Source of the DNA: Setoptus koraiensis
Taxonomy: Eukaryota; Animalia; Arthropoda
Length of the DNA: 64,000 nt
Reading direction: 5' to 3'
Assembly: GCA_048013815.1 (NCBI GenBank)
Contig: CM106586.1
Location: forward strand, 2,914,001 to 2,978,000
A program made the translations under genes and the position numbers. The notes under the pieces were generated by a model. That model did no database searches. It was given only the letters and a program-made list of their open reading frames with translations, and was not told the origin of the DNA. This document shows, piece by piece, positions 22,301 through 35,300 of this stretch; position 1 is the stretch's first letter, and the number at the start of each line of letters is the position of its first letter.

Positions 22301-25016
22301 CATTGACTTCCGTTGATGATCCCAACAATATATCCCCGTTGCTATACCAACAATATATATAATAGTGTTTTGGTTAATTCCAGCAATTCTAAATTGCTGC
22401 TGGCCACCGCTGATGATAATTATAAGTAAAGTCTAAATTACTCCAGTTTACTTGGCCACTTTATTGCCGGACAACACCATCGTCGCTTTTATCGACATGT
22501 CGCTATTGGAGACAAAAACTGGGCCGAGCAAGTATGTCAAAAGTGATGACTGTCCCGGCGATGATTTGATCGAGCGTCTCTCGGCGAATACAACCGTGGC
22601 CTCAAATGATGAGTATCAGTAATGGTAGCGATGCCATTAGCCGAGAGGCCAACGCGGCCCAGAAACAACGACGCCGGCTCAATCTACTGGAACAGATTGA
22701 ATTCGCGCAAATTGTGCAGTGTGTAATGATACAAATGTTTTAATGTCCAGCTCACTTTAAATTCATTTTTTTTTCTCTCTCTGCCTTTTATTTTATTTGG
22801 CTTCTAGGCGCTTTCATTAGGTCTTTTCGGCTGTTGCTAGCCACTCAAAATTGAGCGGCCCCAAAGGATAAATCCATTGCATGTAATGATCGCCAGGATT
22901 ATGTAATCACATACACGATCGAGTCATGCAATGTCTAGATTGACTTGGCTGCCTTCCGAGTCGATGATGTTTGTCAGATGTTCGCGTCTAGATTTAGATG
23001 TTTCGGTCGCAGTCGACGTTTGTTGGCCGATTTGTCCGACACGCAGCGGATAGTTGCGGATGTTATGCAACATTGCAAATACTCATTTGATTCGATGGCA
23101 TTCAGTGGCGCCAAGCGACTATGCTAATGTTTGCAGAATGGGCCCATTTGTATTTATTCGCACACTGACAACGGCAGAAACAGCAGCAGCAGCAACAACA
23201 GCAGCAACAACAGCAACAACAACAGCAACAACAACAGGGAATAACCTGGCCAAGACGAGATTTGTTGGTCTAGTGGAGCGTTTTGGGTTATTTCAATTTT
23301 GACACACGCCAACACAATCGTTGGTTGTTTGTGCAAACAAACACACGCAACAATAACAGCGGCAGCAGCAGCGCTTGTTGTTGTGCTCGCAAGCAATTTC
23401 GCCGGGGCCCCCAACTCGGCACAACAAATTGATAAACATATTGGAAATGACAGCACAACCCGACTGGCGCGGTATGTCTTGGCAGGTAATTACCTATTTT
23501 GACTGTTCGTCTCCACTTTTGAATTGACTTTGGGGTCACTGGATGATGGATGAATGGGGCAAATCGGGCCGGACCAGCTCGGATCGGGTCGGGTCGGGTC
23601 GGGTCGGAAATGTGAGAGTAATTTCGTTGACGCGATCGTCACTGTCGGGCCCATTTGCACTGTGTGTGCATGATTGATTTGGTGCCCGAATTCCGGGCGC
23701 AAACTCTTTCCCAGCTCCAAGATATTCATTCGTGAATATCCCGGAGTGGCGCGGAAATTGGGCCTCCGCTTTTTCATGTTTACCTATACACTGTGTATAG
23801 TATACGCGTGCGTGTATACGCATGGGATGCGGGATCTTTTTGCGATCAGATGTTCAAGACGTGGCGCACTTTTTTTCTCAATATGCATGATATTTACTCG
23901 TTCATGCGCCCTCATTTGGGGCCCTAGCGCCCACGCATATTTGCGCTTCACATCCGTAAATGTGCGCCCCAGACGCCGACAACGGGCCCAACTCAAGCCA
24001 AACGCGCACAAGTGCCCATCCGACGGAAGCTTGCCTCGTTAGACAGGACAGGTGCGGTGGGCACGAGCGACGGGCCGTCCAGCGGGCCTCTGATACCGCG
24101 GGCCCGCTGGATGTATGCGGCGCATTGGTCGGAGATGTAAATGAATATAGATCGATTGGGCGCAATCAATCAAATGTGGCATACAATAATTATACTCATA
24201 GTGCTGCCAGACGAAAAGAGAGGTCGCTAGACGGTCATAGTGTCGTCATTTTCAGCTCTCATAGTGCCAGTGTCTGGGTATCCTTGATATTGGGCATTTG
24301 TTTGTGTTCGGTATTCCGCTTTGGGCAGCGCTGAGCGCTCGCAGATGTCGGATTGCGCGCAAATATGGGGGCGGGGGCGTGTCGAGCGGACATATCGACG
24401 GGCCCGAGTGTTCCGAAACGAAGTGACCAAGCCACATTTGCTGCAGCAAACTGCCATCGGCCGTCACTCGATGAAATGAGCCATACGGATTGTCGATTGA
24501 GTTGTATTGCGTAATATCGGTTCTATTCGTGCCGACTGATTGCGCAACACCGCTCGATTTGTACCGACCGATTGCGCAATACCGTTCGATTTGATTGGGC
24601 CGGCCTCCGGGGTACGCGGGCCCGTCGCGGCCAGGGATTACGTAAGAGTGGCGGCACGCGAAATGACGCCGAAAGCGAGCAAACGGCGAATGGTGTATAT
24701 TTGTGGGTAGCGCTAGCAAAGTAAGTGGGCAATAATGGTGCATAAATTAGGCCACTGCGGCCCTGTGTCGCTGTAGCAAATATCACAAATAAGTTGCCAT
24801 GATTAACTGGCTGCAATCTGTGCTGTGCCGTTGATGCTGTCGATGTCGTCTTGCCAACGGGGGCCAACAGGGGCCTACAAGGGCGAGCAGCAACAGCGAG
24901 ACTCGAGGTGAATAGATTTGAAGGAGAGAGCGAGCTGTAGCGGCCCAAAATAGAGCCAAGAAACAGCGCACACAAACTAGTGGCAATAAATCGAGGATAA
25001 TTAATTATCTATCGAC

Positions 25017-25055
<39 letters not shown>

Positions 25056-28000
25056 AACTAACAACAAAGAATCAACGCTAATATATATGTAGCGACAGAG
25101 CTTGCCAAGAGCTTGCTGTTACGTTGCGTTGCGTAATGTTGAAAGGTTCACGTTGGAGTGTGCGAGCTAGAGATTGAGATTTAGACAGAGATTTGGATTG
25201 ACATGACATGACATGACATATTATCTTGTTGCCCCCAGAGAGAGCGACTTTGCCAGGCCTTATCTAGCCAAGGCAACGAGCTTATTGATCTTGCTCTTGA
25301 CGCGCCCCCTGCCCCCTCGTCTCCCGATAAAATAGCAGATAAAATGGCAAGTGACTGCAGCAGCAGTTGGGATGTTCGGGGATTTTCGGGGGCCAGATTA
25401 GCTGCGTGCGCCGAGCAGCCAATTTGCCATTTTGTCGATAGGGGGCACAAAGGAGCAGTCAGACGATGCAGACAAGCGCGCAGGCGACATTGTTATTATT
25501 ATTATTAATGATGTTATATAATATTTTTGATACTGTTGCTGGCGTTGATCCCATGGTGATGCATGTCTACGCACTGACAGCCAACGACAGCCACGTCAGG
25601 GCCACCGTCAGCGCTCAAACATGCTAATAATAACTCCTAACAACTGTCCCATTGGCATGTCATGTCCACACACAGCGTCATTTAAATAGGGATAATTAGT
25701 CATTATTTGCAGTTATCGAGTTATATGCGCATATCATGGCGATATGCACTTATAATATTTATCGTATATGCGGATATATTTGTATCATGTGTTACCGCAT
25801 ATATCCGCATGTGACACAGGCTCGCCGTTGGTCGGCTACAGTTGCGCAATTTGACGGCCTCCCGGGGAATACAACTTGCGATTCGCAAGACACATTTATG
25901 CTCGATATAATAACGGATATATACGGATATATGTATATATATTTAGACAGTCATAGCGAGCACAAGTTGCATATTGCATCAATGCGCGTTTGTTTGCCAC
26001 TAGCTCGCACAATGGTCCACTTGCATTGATACAAGTCCGGCAAGTTGGGGCCCCACGCAATTATTTATGACGCAATAATAAATATCGACATACGACACTG
26101 TCATGTTTGCAGTCACTGAGATGCGCCCTCAGACAGCTTATCTGCTGTCTGATATCTACAATCGGCACACAAAAGACACACACACACACACACACACAAC
26201 AGACATGAAATCTCATCAGCAAGCATCTTTGATTATCGTCATTAATCACGAGCAAATCACAAGTTTCCCGTGTGCACATTTCCGACTCAATTGTCGCTCA
26301 TTGGAATGGCGTCTTGGATCGCGTTTCACTGTCGAGCGCACGTTGTGGAGCGGCCCACTGACCACTGGTCAGCTTATGATTGATTAATAATCACTATTTG
26401 CACATGGCATGTTGTTAGTCGGCCTTGTGATATCGGGCCATTTGCACAGATCTGTTATCTGAGATTGTTGTGTTGGTTGCGGGCATGATCGAGCCCAATG
26501 ATGGAATAACAATAAATAAATAAGCGAGCTCGGTCCCCCTCAGTCATTCGATCGGCTTGACCTCTAGAGTTGACGCGCGATTCAATTGTTTGCCGGTACA
26601 ACAGCGACATTTCGGCCCCAACGATCGGGCCAACACGGCGATTGGATATTTTAAACAGTAGGGCTAAATCGGATTATCTGGCGGCATTTGCCTTCGTCTA
26701 GACTCTCGAGTTGTTGTCTGTTGAATTTATTCATTATCAGCCATAGTTGAGCGTACCCACTCTGTGACTGGATTTGCCTAAATGCAGGGGCTGTCTGCAC
26801 CAACGACAGAAAGGGCACTGAATAGGCAAATTGCTCCATCAAAACATAAGTTTGCCCCTGACTGGCTAACGTTTGTTGGCACAAATTATGATAGATTCGC
26901 GGGATTTATTCATGGGATCAATTTTTATCCCCCATCAATAGGATATCTGGCGCTATGATTTATGCCGTGTATGAGTGTTGTTAATGGGGCTGCCGGCGAG
27001 ACGCGGCTCGCATCAACTACAGCGAGTGTTGGGGCCAGTAGTTTAATAAATCGTTGTCACTGATTGCTGGGCTCGCATGCCCGATCAAAATAAATACTAA
27101 TAACAAAATGACACATAATCAATGCTCCTTGTCCGTGTGCCGTTTGTTTCTAGTCACCGGAATCTGGTGGCTGCCTGCTGGGGCCTGGCGAAACTGGGGC
27201 CCCAGCAAACAATGTTGCCGCAACGCAATATTAATGGGCTCCTAAATCTTATCACACACTCACTAAGCCTTATTCATTGATTTATTGTTGCCCGCTGCCC
27301 GTCAAATGTCGCCCTCACTCTCCCTAAATACATGTGGAGAGATTTATTTCGAGCCTATTGTTTTAATCTCTCGCTCAATCAACTTGAATGCATCAAAGCG
27401 AGCGTTGGTTGCATTTGAGCGGCCGACGGCGCCAGCCGAGCCATTGAGACCGGCTCATAAGCGGCTGCCTATTGATTGGCTGGCCAGAGTTTTTGGCCAG
27501 AAATCGATCAATGATCGTCGTCTCAATAGACTGTTACTGGCCTTCGCACGGTGCTCATTTATCCGGCCTCTATCCGGCCAGTTGAGCCGCACAATGCGCC
27601 CGTGTCGCCCGAGATTGTTCTCTGTCAAGCTCGATGGAGCTCGCTCTCGAGCTTTGGGCCGCACAAACTCGGCGGGATTATTGTTGTTCGGTTACTGCCG
27701 GCTCAGCACAATAGCCGATTATCCCATCATCAATTGCTGTTCATGACAACGTGTTGCGTAGTGCCAATTTGCTGGCTCAATGTATTCAATTTGCAGCGGC
27801 GCATACTGTCACAGTATCGGCCCAACTGCATCGCCCGGCCGGCCCGACGAGACTCAACGCCGGATGGAGCAGCCATAAATCACGTATAAATGGAGGCTGG
27901 ATTATGGCGCAACGTTGAGGGCGCCGCCGGCCTAAGAAGAATCCGCTAAGAAGAATCCGCTGAGAAGAATCCGCTAAGAAGAATCCGCTAAGAAGAAGAA

Positions 28001-29902
28001 GAAGAAGCCGGGCTAAGATTGTAGGGTTAAGATACTGTGTGTGTGTGCCCATAAATGATTGAATTTTCGCCTTGCCAAGGGCTCGCCGCGAGTGGCGACG
28101 AGCAGAAAAAGCGCTCGGCACAGTGCGGGGGCGCCAGCAGCGCCAAAATGGGGCGCCACTCAGACTTGAGGCAAACAGCGCAACGAGCCGCTTCTAGCGC
28201 CACTGATTCGAGGCGAAGCTCAATTTGGCGTCAGCGCTGGCTTCGCGAAAGTTTTCGTCTCTTCTTAAGAGGCGATACTCAAATTACATTATTTAACGCC
28301 GCTCGCCCGGCTCATAAGTCGGCCGGATTTGTTGATGCTGCTGTTGTTGTGGGTGCCGTTGTTGCGCGATTGTTGTTGTTGTCGCAATTGTTACACACAA
28401 CAACCGCCACCGAGACAACCAAGCCAGAGACAAAGAGCGAAGCCAGGCTAATGATATGGCGACAACAACAATTATCCTGTCGTCAGAGGCATGTCATTTG
28501 CATTTAGTGTAAAAATATCTCCATTTGAGCGGCGCAAACACGCTCGCTGCCACATCCGTGTCGCTCCGGCTGCTTGCCAAAATTTGCTCTATTATAGTTT
28601 ATGGATCGCATGGGGAGCTCGCCCGTCTCAGACGGCTCGCCCGCAAGCCGCTCGAGCCTCTCGAGCAGTAACTAGATATCGCGCGAGCGAGTTCCGCAGT
28701 ATCGGGCTTGTTCGCATCGTCAGTCGCGGGATGTGCGACTTTCGAGGCGAACAGCCCCGCACTCGACGCACGCAGCCTGTGTGCCGGCTTGCGAGATGCG
28801 GCGCATAGGGGCGCCGCGAACTGTTCGCGGCGAACGGGATCGCAAGGCGCCGCTCACGCCACACTAGCTACCGATTGGTTTCGGCGCGTGTGCCATTCGC
28901 GAAAGCCGAGCCACTCGGTTGCGCAGCATGAGTCAGAGTGAAAATCGTCCAGATCGGCCCATGAAACACAATCCGCGATTTTTGCCATTTCGGCCTCAAT
29001 TCGTGCGCCGGTCATCGGAGCATCGCAAACTGCAACCGGGACTTCTGTGGAACCAACGAACGTTGGAACGCTCCTCGGCGGTCAATAATTCGCAGGTCCG
29101 GATTTGGCCAGTTTTTCAGCCGAATTTCACTGGTCAGCCGATTAACTTCCGGTTGGCAAATTTCTCGCCAGTCTGTTCTCGTCGGCGCTTTTCGTAGCGG
29201 CACTCGGATTGCAACTCTGACTCAGAACTTCTGAGGTTGAGTTTCGCGTTGTGACCGCTCCATTCGACAGCGTCCAGTGCAGCAGCGATTGTTTGTTGTT
29301 GCGTTCGCATTTCGACCGCCGATTTTCAGATTTCGAAGCCGGCACAGTTTTGGTATCATCGTCATCGCTCATGATGCAACACAGACATAGAAATTAGTGT
29401 CGATTCTCTGCATTGCAAAGTCTGCAATGGAGGCGCCGCTCTGTGCGCGCCCCTTTGTGCGGGTGTCGGTTGCAGACAGCGAAAAGTTGCGCAATTTTAC
29501 AAAATCTCGACACGAATCGCGCGGCTCCACTGAATCGGGCCGTGTGCCCGTTCGGGCGGACCCGGCGCGAATGTAGTCGAGAGTCCCGCCCACAGGATCC
29601 ATTAAATGTAATCTGGCGGACGGGCGCCGCTAAAAGCGCCGACCGGATTGGCGCGGTTAGTGCGAGTCGCGCGCACTGTCGGCGGGCCGCAAATCATTTG
29701 CGGTGCCGGGCTGTAGCAGCAGCAGCGGATATTGGCGCCACTGTGAGGGGCTGTGTCTGGCTGAGACATTAGGCAACATTAGACCTGCGACAGGACACAA
29801 TGGAGACGCCGATTTATCCGCCAGGGGAGAGCTTGACGGGCGGCGAGGGCCCGAGAACTGGCCCCGTTGCGGGCCCTCGCAGTACATAGCGACTTTTGCG
29901 CG

Positions 29903-29942
<40 letters not shown>

Positions 29943-31505
29943 CAATTGAAACACGGCGGCAGTGAATAGAGAGCGGTTATGTTGAACAACAAAATGGCCG
30001 CTCAAATGTGCTGCTAGTTGCGAGAGGTGGCGCCCCGCTCGGGGGCGCCACTAAGACGAGGAGCCCCCACAAACAAGCGAGCAATCAACACACTGCTCGT
30101 GCCACAGCGAGCGCTATTATCCGACGGCACAACACGAAACCATTTAATGTTCTGTTCTGGTTCACTTGCTCGCTGGCTAGACACAAACAAGCAGCCACTC
30201 TATTCATTATCGCTTACCACTGTGCCGGCGCGCTCAAGTGGGGCCCAGGCCGGCGAGTGGCCGGCAGCGCGCGCTTAGTTCGCGCGCAAAGAGAGGTGCC
30301 ACTTTGTTGCGCAACAACGCTAAGATGATCCAATTTGCGCAGCCTGAGTGATCGTCAGCGTGGCCGCTTTTAGCCCTGGGCTCCATTAGGTAGATTGCCG
30401 GCGCGTGCAAGGCAGAGGGCGCCGCTGAGCCGGCCATTTCGCTGGGGCCGCGCGCCAATCGGGGGCCCCGGCAACGCGCGCCACTCGCCGCTCCGGCCAA
30501 ATCGCCCAAAAGCCACTGTGGCGCGTTTGATTGAAACTCTATGCCGCGTTGTTTGCATTATGTAACTCACTCACTAGATTGGGTTAGGCCGGTTAACCGC
30601 AAACATACACACTGCCACTTGACAGCGGCACACACACACACACGCGAGAGGGCGCCATTGGGGTCCGAGCGGGCAAGCGCCGCAAAATCACTTGGTGCGC
30701 TCAAATCAAGCTGACCGACAGCGGGCCGGCTATCACGTTAACAGCGGCCAGTTATATTAATGTGTCGTGTCATAGGCGACACGCAACCAAAGAGCGCCCT
30801 CTTTGTTTCGGGCCGGCCACAAACAAACAATGCATTTCAGTTGGCGCGGCCCTATTAAATGTCAGCGTAATGTTAGTCTATAACTGGCAAGAATAACCAG
30901 CAACCAGCTCGGCCCCAACAGCTGATCGGTGATCGGCAGTGATTAGCCCGCTGATTATATAATAATGTTTGCTTGTTTGCTAACGGTTTGTTTGTTCATA
31001 CACTGTCACCGGGCGCCGTGTTGTTGCATGAAATTGTATTATTGGCTTGCTGTCGCTTGATCGGTTGGCGGGCCTCGAGGTTGAGGCTGGCAGTTTGGGG
31101 CTCGCGACGGCTAAAAAGAGTCAACACGAGCGAAGCGTTCGCCAAAACAAACTCGCCGCTCGCACTGCCACCTATGCAAACCAAGGGGCGCCGACCTCGG
31201 GCCCAATTTCTTGTCGACTGCGCCACACTGCCGCAATGCAATTTGCGCCGCACACCTGACGCAATCTTTGCGGCCCGGCCAAATGTCGCCTCCGTTGGCG
31301 TCAACGCCAACCAGTGGCGCCATTCGGCGACAATTTGGCGCAACGGCTCGACAATTTCGCGCTGCCCCGCTGTCTGAGTGGGCCCGTCGATCGCGTTACA
31401 GTTACAGGTAACGGCACAGTTGGCCCCGTTGTAGTTGCGAGATGGAGCGATCGGCGATTGCAACATTGCTGACAATGTCACGTTCGTCTTTGTTGTTGTT
31501 GTCGT

Positions 31506-31593
<88 letters not shown>

Positions 31594-32345
31594 GCTGTCG
31601 TTGTTGCCGTTCTGCTTATATCATCTGCTCGCAGCTAGCCTGAACAGTGACAATATGATATCACCTGTCTTGTTGTTTATTGGAGTCACGATCGCCCGGA
31701 AGCGGCGAATACGCTCACCGTATTACGGTGGTCGCCCTGGCGACCAAGGGCGCAACCAGCCAGCAAGAAACGCTGGCTGGTCGGCTTGCTGGCCGGATCG
31801 TGCTCACCATTTTGATGTTATTTGTGAATTTCGGTTGCTCTTTTTGTCTATTTGGCCCTCTATGGCTTAAAGTCTAGGCTGTTTATCGGGCAAGTTTTGG
31901 CGCGCTCATTGAAAGATACGCGCCGCCGCCGCCGGCCCGGCGGCCACAAAGTGCACACTGAGACCTCTTATCTGGCTCTCATCTTGCAACCAATGGGGCC
32001 CCTATCTCCGGCTGGCATCTCGCTATCACTGGTGCTGCCGTTTGGGGCGCACTGATGGCCTTGGGTTGCGTCATCTGAGCACAAGTGCAGCTATCAGCGT
32101 GTGGCGAGCGTCAACTGTAAGCGTTGTTGTCATCAGCAATTCTTGGCAAGCCACCAGCTAGCTAGCAGCTACCTGTGCAGTGCCACGAGTAAGTGTTTCT
32201 GTTAACTTGTGCGCCACTGTTACACGTGCCAAGTACGTGCCTTTGTTTTGTTTGTAGCAAGTAGCTCGAATGGCCAGCTCGTTGCGTGTGCCAATTTGCC
32301 TTTGGCTAATTAGTGGTGACGCAACAACAGCAGCAGCAACAACAA

Positions 32346-32379
<34 letters not shown>

Positions 32380-35300
32380 AGCGACGACAGCAACAAAAGC
32401 GACGACAGCAACAACAGCGACAACAACAATAGCGACGACAGCGTAAACAACCAGCGACTGGGCCCAAATTGACAACAAGAAAGTGCGCCCATCTGCATAC
32501 TGACACTGGCAAGGGGGCCATAAAAAGTGGTTGTTGCAGCAGCGAAACAACAACCAGTTGGCCGGCAGCGCCAAAGACGACAATTAGACTAAACGACATT
32601 AGGGCGCCCAACAACGGGCGACATAGTTGCCGCGATAATTTTGTTAGCCAACCGACTAGCGGCGCTGTCTAGCCAGCGATGCAAGGGCCGGGCCACTTAT
32701 GGGGCCCCGCTTGCGCCCATAACGCGTCTTATGCTGACAGCTTACGCGGGCTGCATAAGTGCCGCGCGGGCCGGTCGCCCGCTGCGCTCAGGTAAAATCT
32801 GGCCGGCAGACGAAACAACGGCGCGGCCAGGCTAATGACGGCCGCCGCCAGATGAAACGGTATGATAATTAACACGACATGCACAACGTACATTGTTGTT
32901 GTCGGTGGCCCCGTTGCAGCGACGCGGCGCCCGCGGACAACAGCAACTGTCGCTGGCGCGGAGCGACGCATTAATAATGACTTGCCATAATCACAAACAT
33001 TGACCGGATGTGCCAGCTCAACGAAAGCGACACACAACATTGGACAACGCCGACGACAATAACAAGAAATCATCGCCCTCGATTAATATGCGCATTAATG
33101 GCACATAAACAACAAGTATTATGATAACGGGAGCGCAGCCAAACCGGCCCCATAAAGGGTCAACAAACTGCGCGCTGCCATTTGATACAGTGCGCCGATA
33201 TGATATATCATAGGGGGCGCCATTGTGAATCGGGATTCTCGTCGCGAATTTCACCGGCCAAACAGCGGCTATTTTGGTCGGCGAGGGAGGGGGGGGCGTT
33301 TTTGCGGGTTAGCGTCGACACGAGTTGAGAGCACATTATACGCTTCAAACGGCGCATCAAATCGCTCGCATCGGACGGGCCGCAATGGCGGCCGGACGGG
33401 CCAGGTATTGAGAGCGCGCCCAGCGACACATTTATGAATTAATCATGGCCGAGGCCCGAGCGCTAATCACGGCCGCGACCAACTGACGCGTTGCGGGCCC
33501 ATTGTGGCCGGTCGCAAGTTGACGGCGGCGCGGCTCCCGACCCCGAACAGCATGCGGCCCCACAGAACGCGGCTAAATGAATAACGGCCGAAAATAGTGG
33601 CTGCAAATAACGAAAAGTTTGCTGCAAACTGGCAGAATGAGCCCACGACGGTGGCGCCACCGTGACAGGTAAGGCGAAGCGGGTCACACAAGCATACGCA
33701 ACACGGCGGGCATGGCGGGTATATCCAGTGTAGCTTGTGGCCGGTGTAGCGAGCCGGGCCCATTTAGCTGCATAGTGATATATTGGAGTATCGCACAATT
33801 TTTGTGTGCGCGCCATCATTTGGTATTTATTGTATTCCGGCCGACATGACACCGGCGGCTGAGGCGGCTGCGGCGGGCCCGTCGTGCTCGTCGCGCCGAC
33901 GGGCGCTTAACGGGCCCTCGGCTCACAGTTTGCGAGTGATTGAAATCGGTCAAACGAGCCTAAGCGCTGGGTCGCGCACTTATCGGGCGCCCATCTATCA
34001 AGCGGGCGCCTGTTTGGTGCCGTGGCGGCGGGCTCCTGTTCCGTGGCGTCGCGACGGCCGCCCACCGACACGAGCGGCACGGGCAAGGAGCGCCGGGCGG
34101 ATGCGCGTGCTCGCGCGCCCAGCCCGCTGTGCCCGCTACGCCGGCCGGACAGAAGCCGCGAAATATATCCAGAGATATATTTCATTTTGCAAAAAGGCAA
34201 GCTTGCAGAAAGGCGCGCCAAGTGTCGCAGCGAACTGTCGAATAGAAATGTGCGCTGTCACTAGCTCCGAGCTAGTAGCTCGGCTCCTCGGGCCTCCGGG
34301 CCGCCGGTCGGCTGTCGCTGGGCTGGGCTAGCTAAATTAAACCACGCCGAGCCGGCCGGAATGGGGCCCCTCGCGACTCGCGAGCTTGAGCGAGCTCGCG
34401 GACGGACAACGAGGACACCTAGCGATCGCATTGTCTCTGGCGCTCGGGTGTCGCACTGTTACCGTGCCAGTGCACACCTATTGCACCGCCAGCCAAGGTG
34501 GGGCGCCCGTCTTTGGCCGATCACAGGCTCGCGCGCCGAGCGAAACTGGCGCAAGTGGCTAGCGATACAATTTTCAGGGGCCCATTGACGGGCTCCATTA
34601 ATTAGCTGGCGAGCAGTTGAGCGGCCCGCACTCTCGTCTGGCCTCTATCGTCTGGCCTCTCTCGTCCGGCCTCTCTCGTCCGGCCGCGGCCCAGACGGGA
34701 GAGTGCCCCCGTTGGCTCGTTCGGCTGCACGCGTATTATTGCGTCGCGCCGAGCCGCCCAGTGCGGGCGGGCGCCATGCAAGCCAAGCTCGCTCGCTGGT
34801 CCGCTGGCCATTGGGCCGCGCTAACCGCCGGTGTCGCTGTTGTCGCCGTCGCCCAGGCAACCAGGTGAGTGGGGGCTGCACAACGGTAAATTGTTTGCCC
34901 GTCGGCCTGAGTCGCTCGCCGGGTTGCATCGCTCGGGCTGGGTCACTCGCCGGGCTGAGTGCGCGCCGGTCGCATAGGGTCGCAAGTGGCGAGCGGCGAC
35001 TTTCGACTCGCGAGTCGCGCAAGTTGCGACTTGTTGTCGCGGCAGCCGAGGCCCGATTAGGCGGCCGGGCCCGCGTGCGAGCGGCGCTCCCGATGCGGCC
35101 GCACGATATTGGCAACAATGCGCGCCAACGGATGGTCTTGACAAAAGCGCCAGTGCGCTGGTCATTTGGCGGGCGCGTCGGGGGCGAGCGGGCGAGCGTG
35201 ACGCCGCGCGTGTCATGCATACCCAATTGGATGGTTACAATTGACAATCTCATCTGGCTGGCCGGGCAGGCTGAAAAGGGGAACGATCGGAGCCCCAGTG

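Noticed and set aside
31435-32614. Poly-Val/Leu hydrophobic ORFs that resemble signal or TM segments
   Set aside because: Direct translations of (GTT)n and (CAA)n microsatellites.
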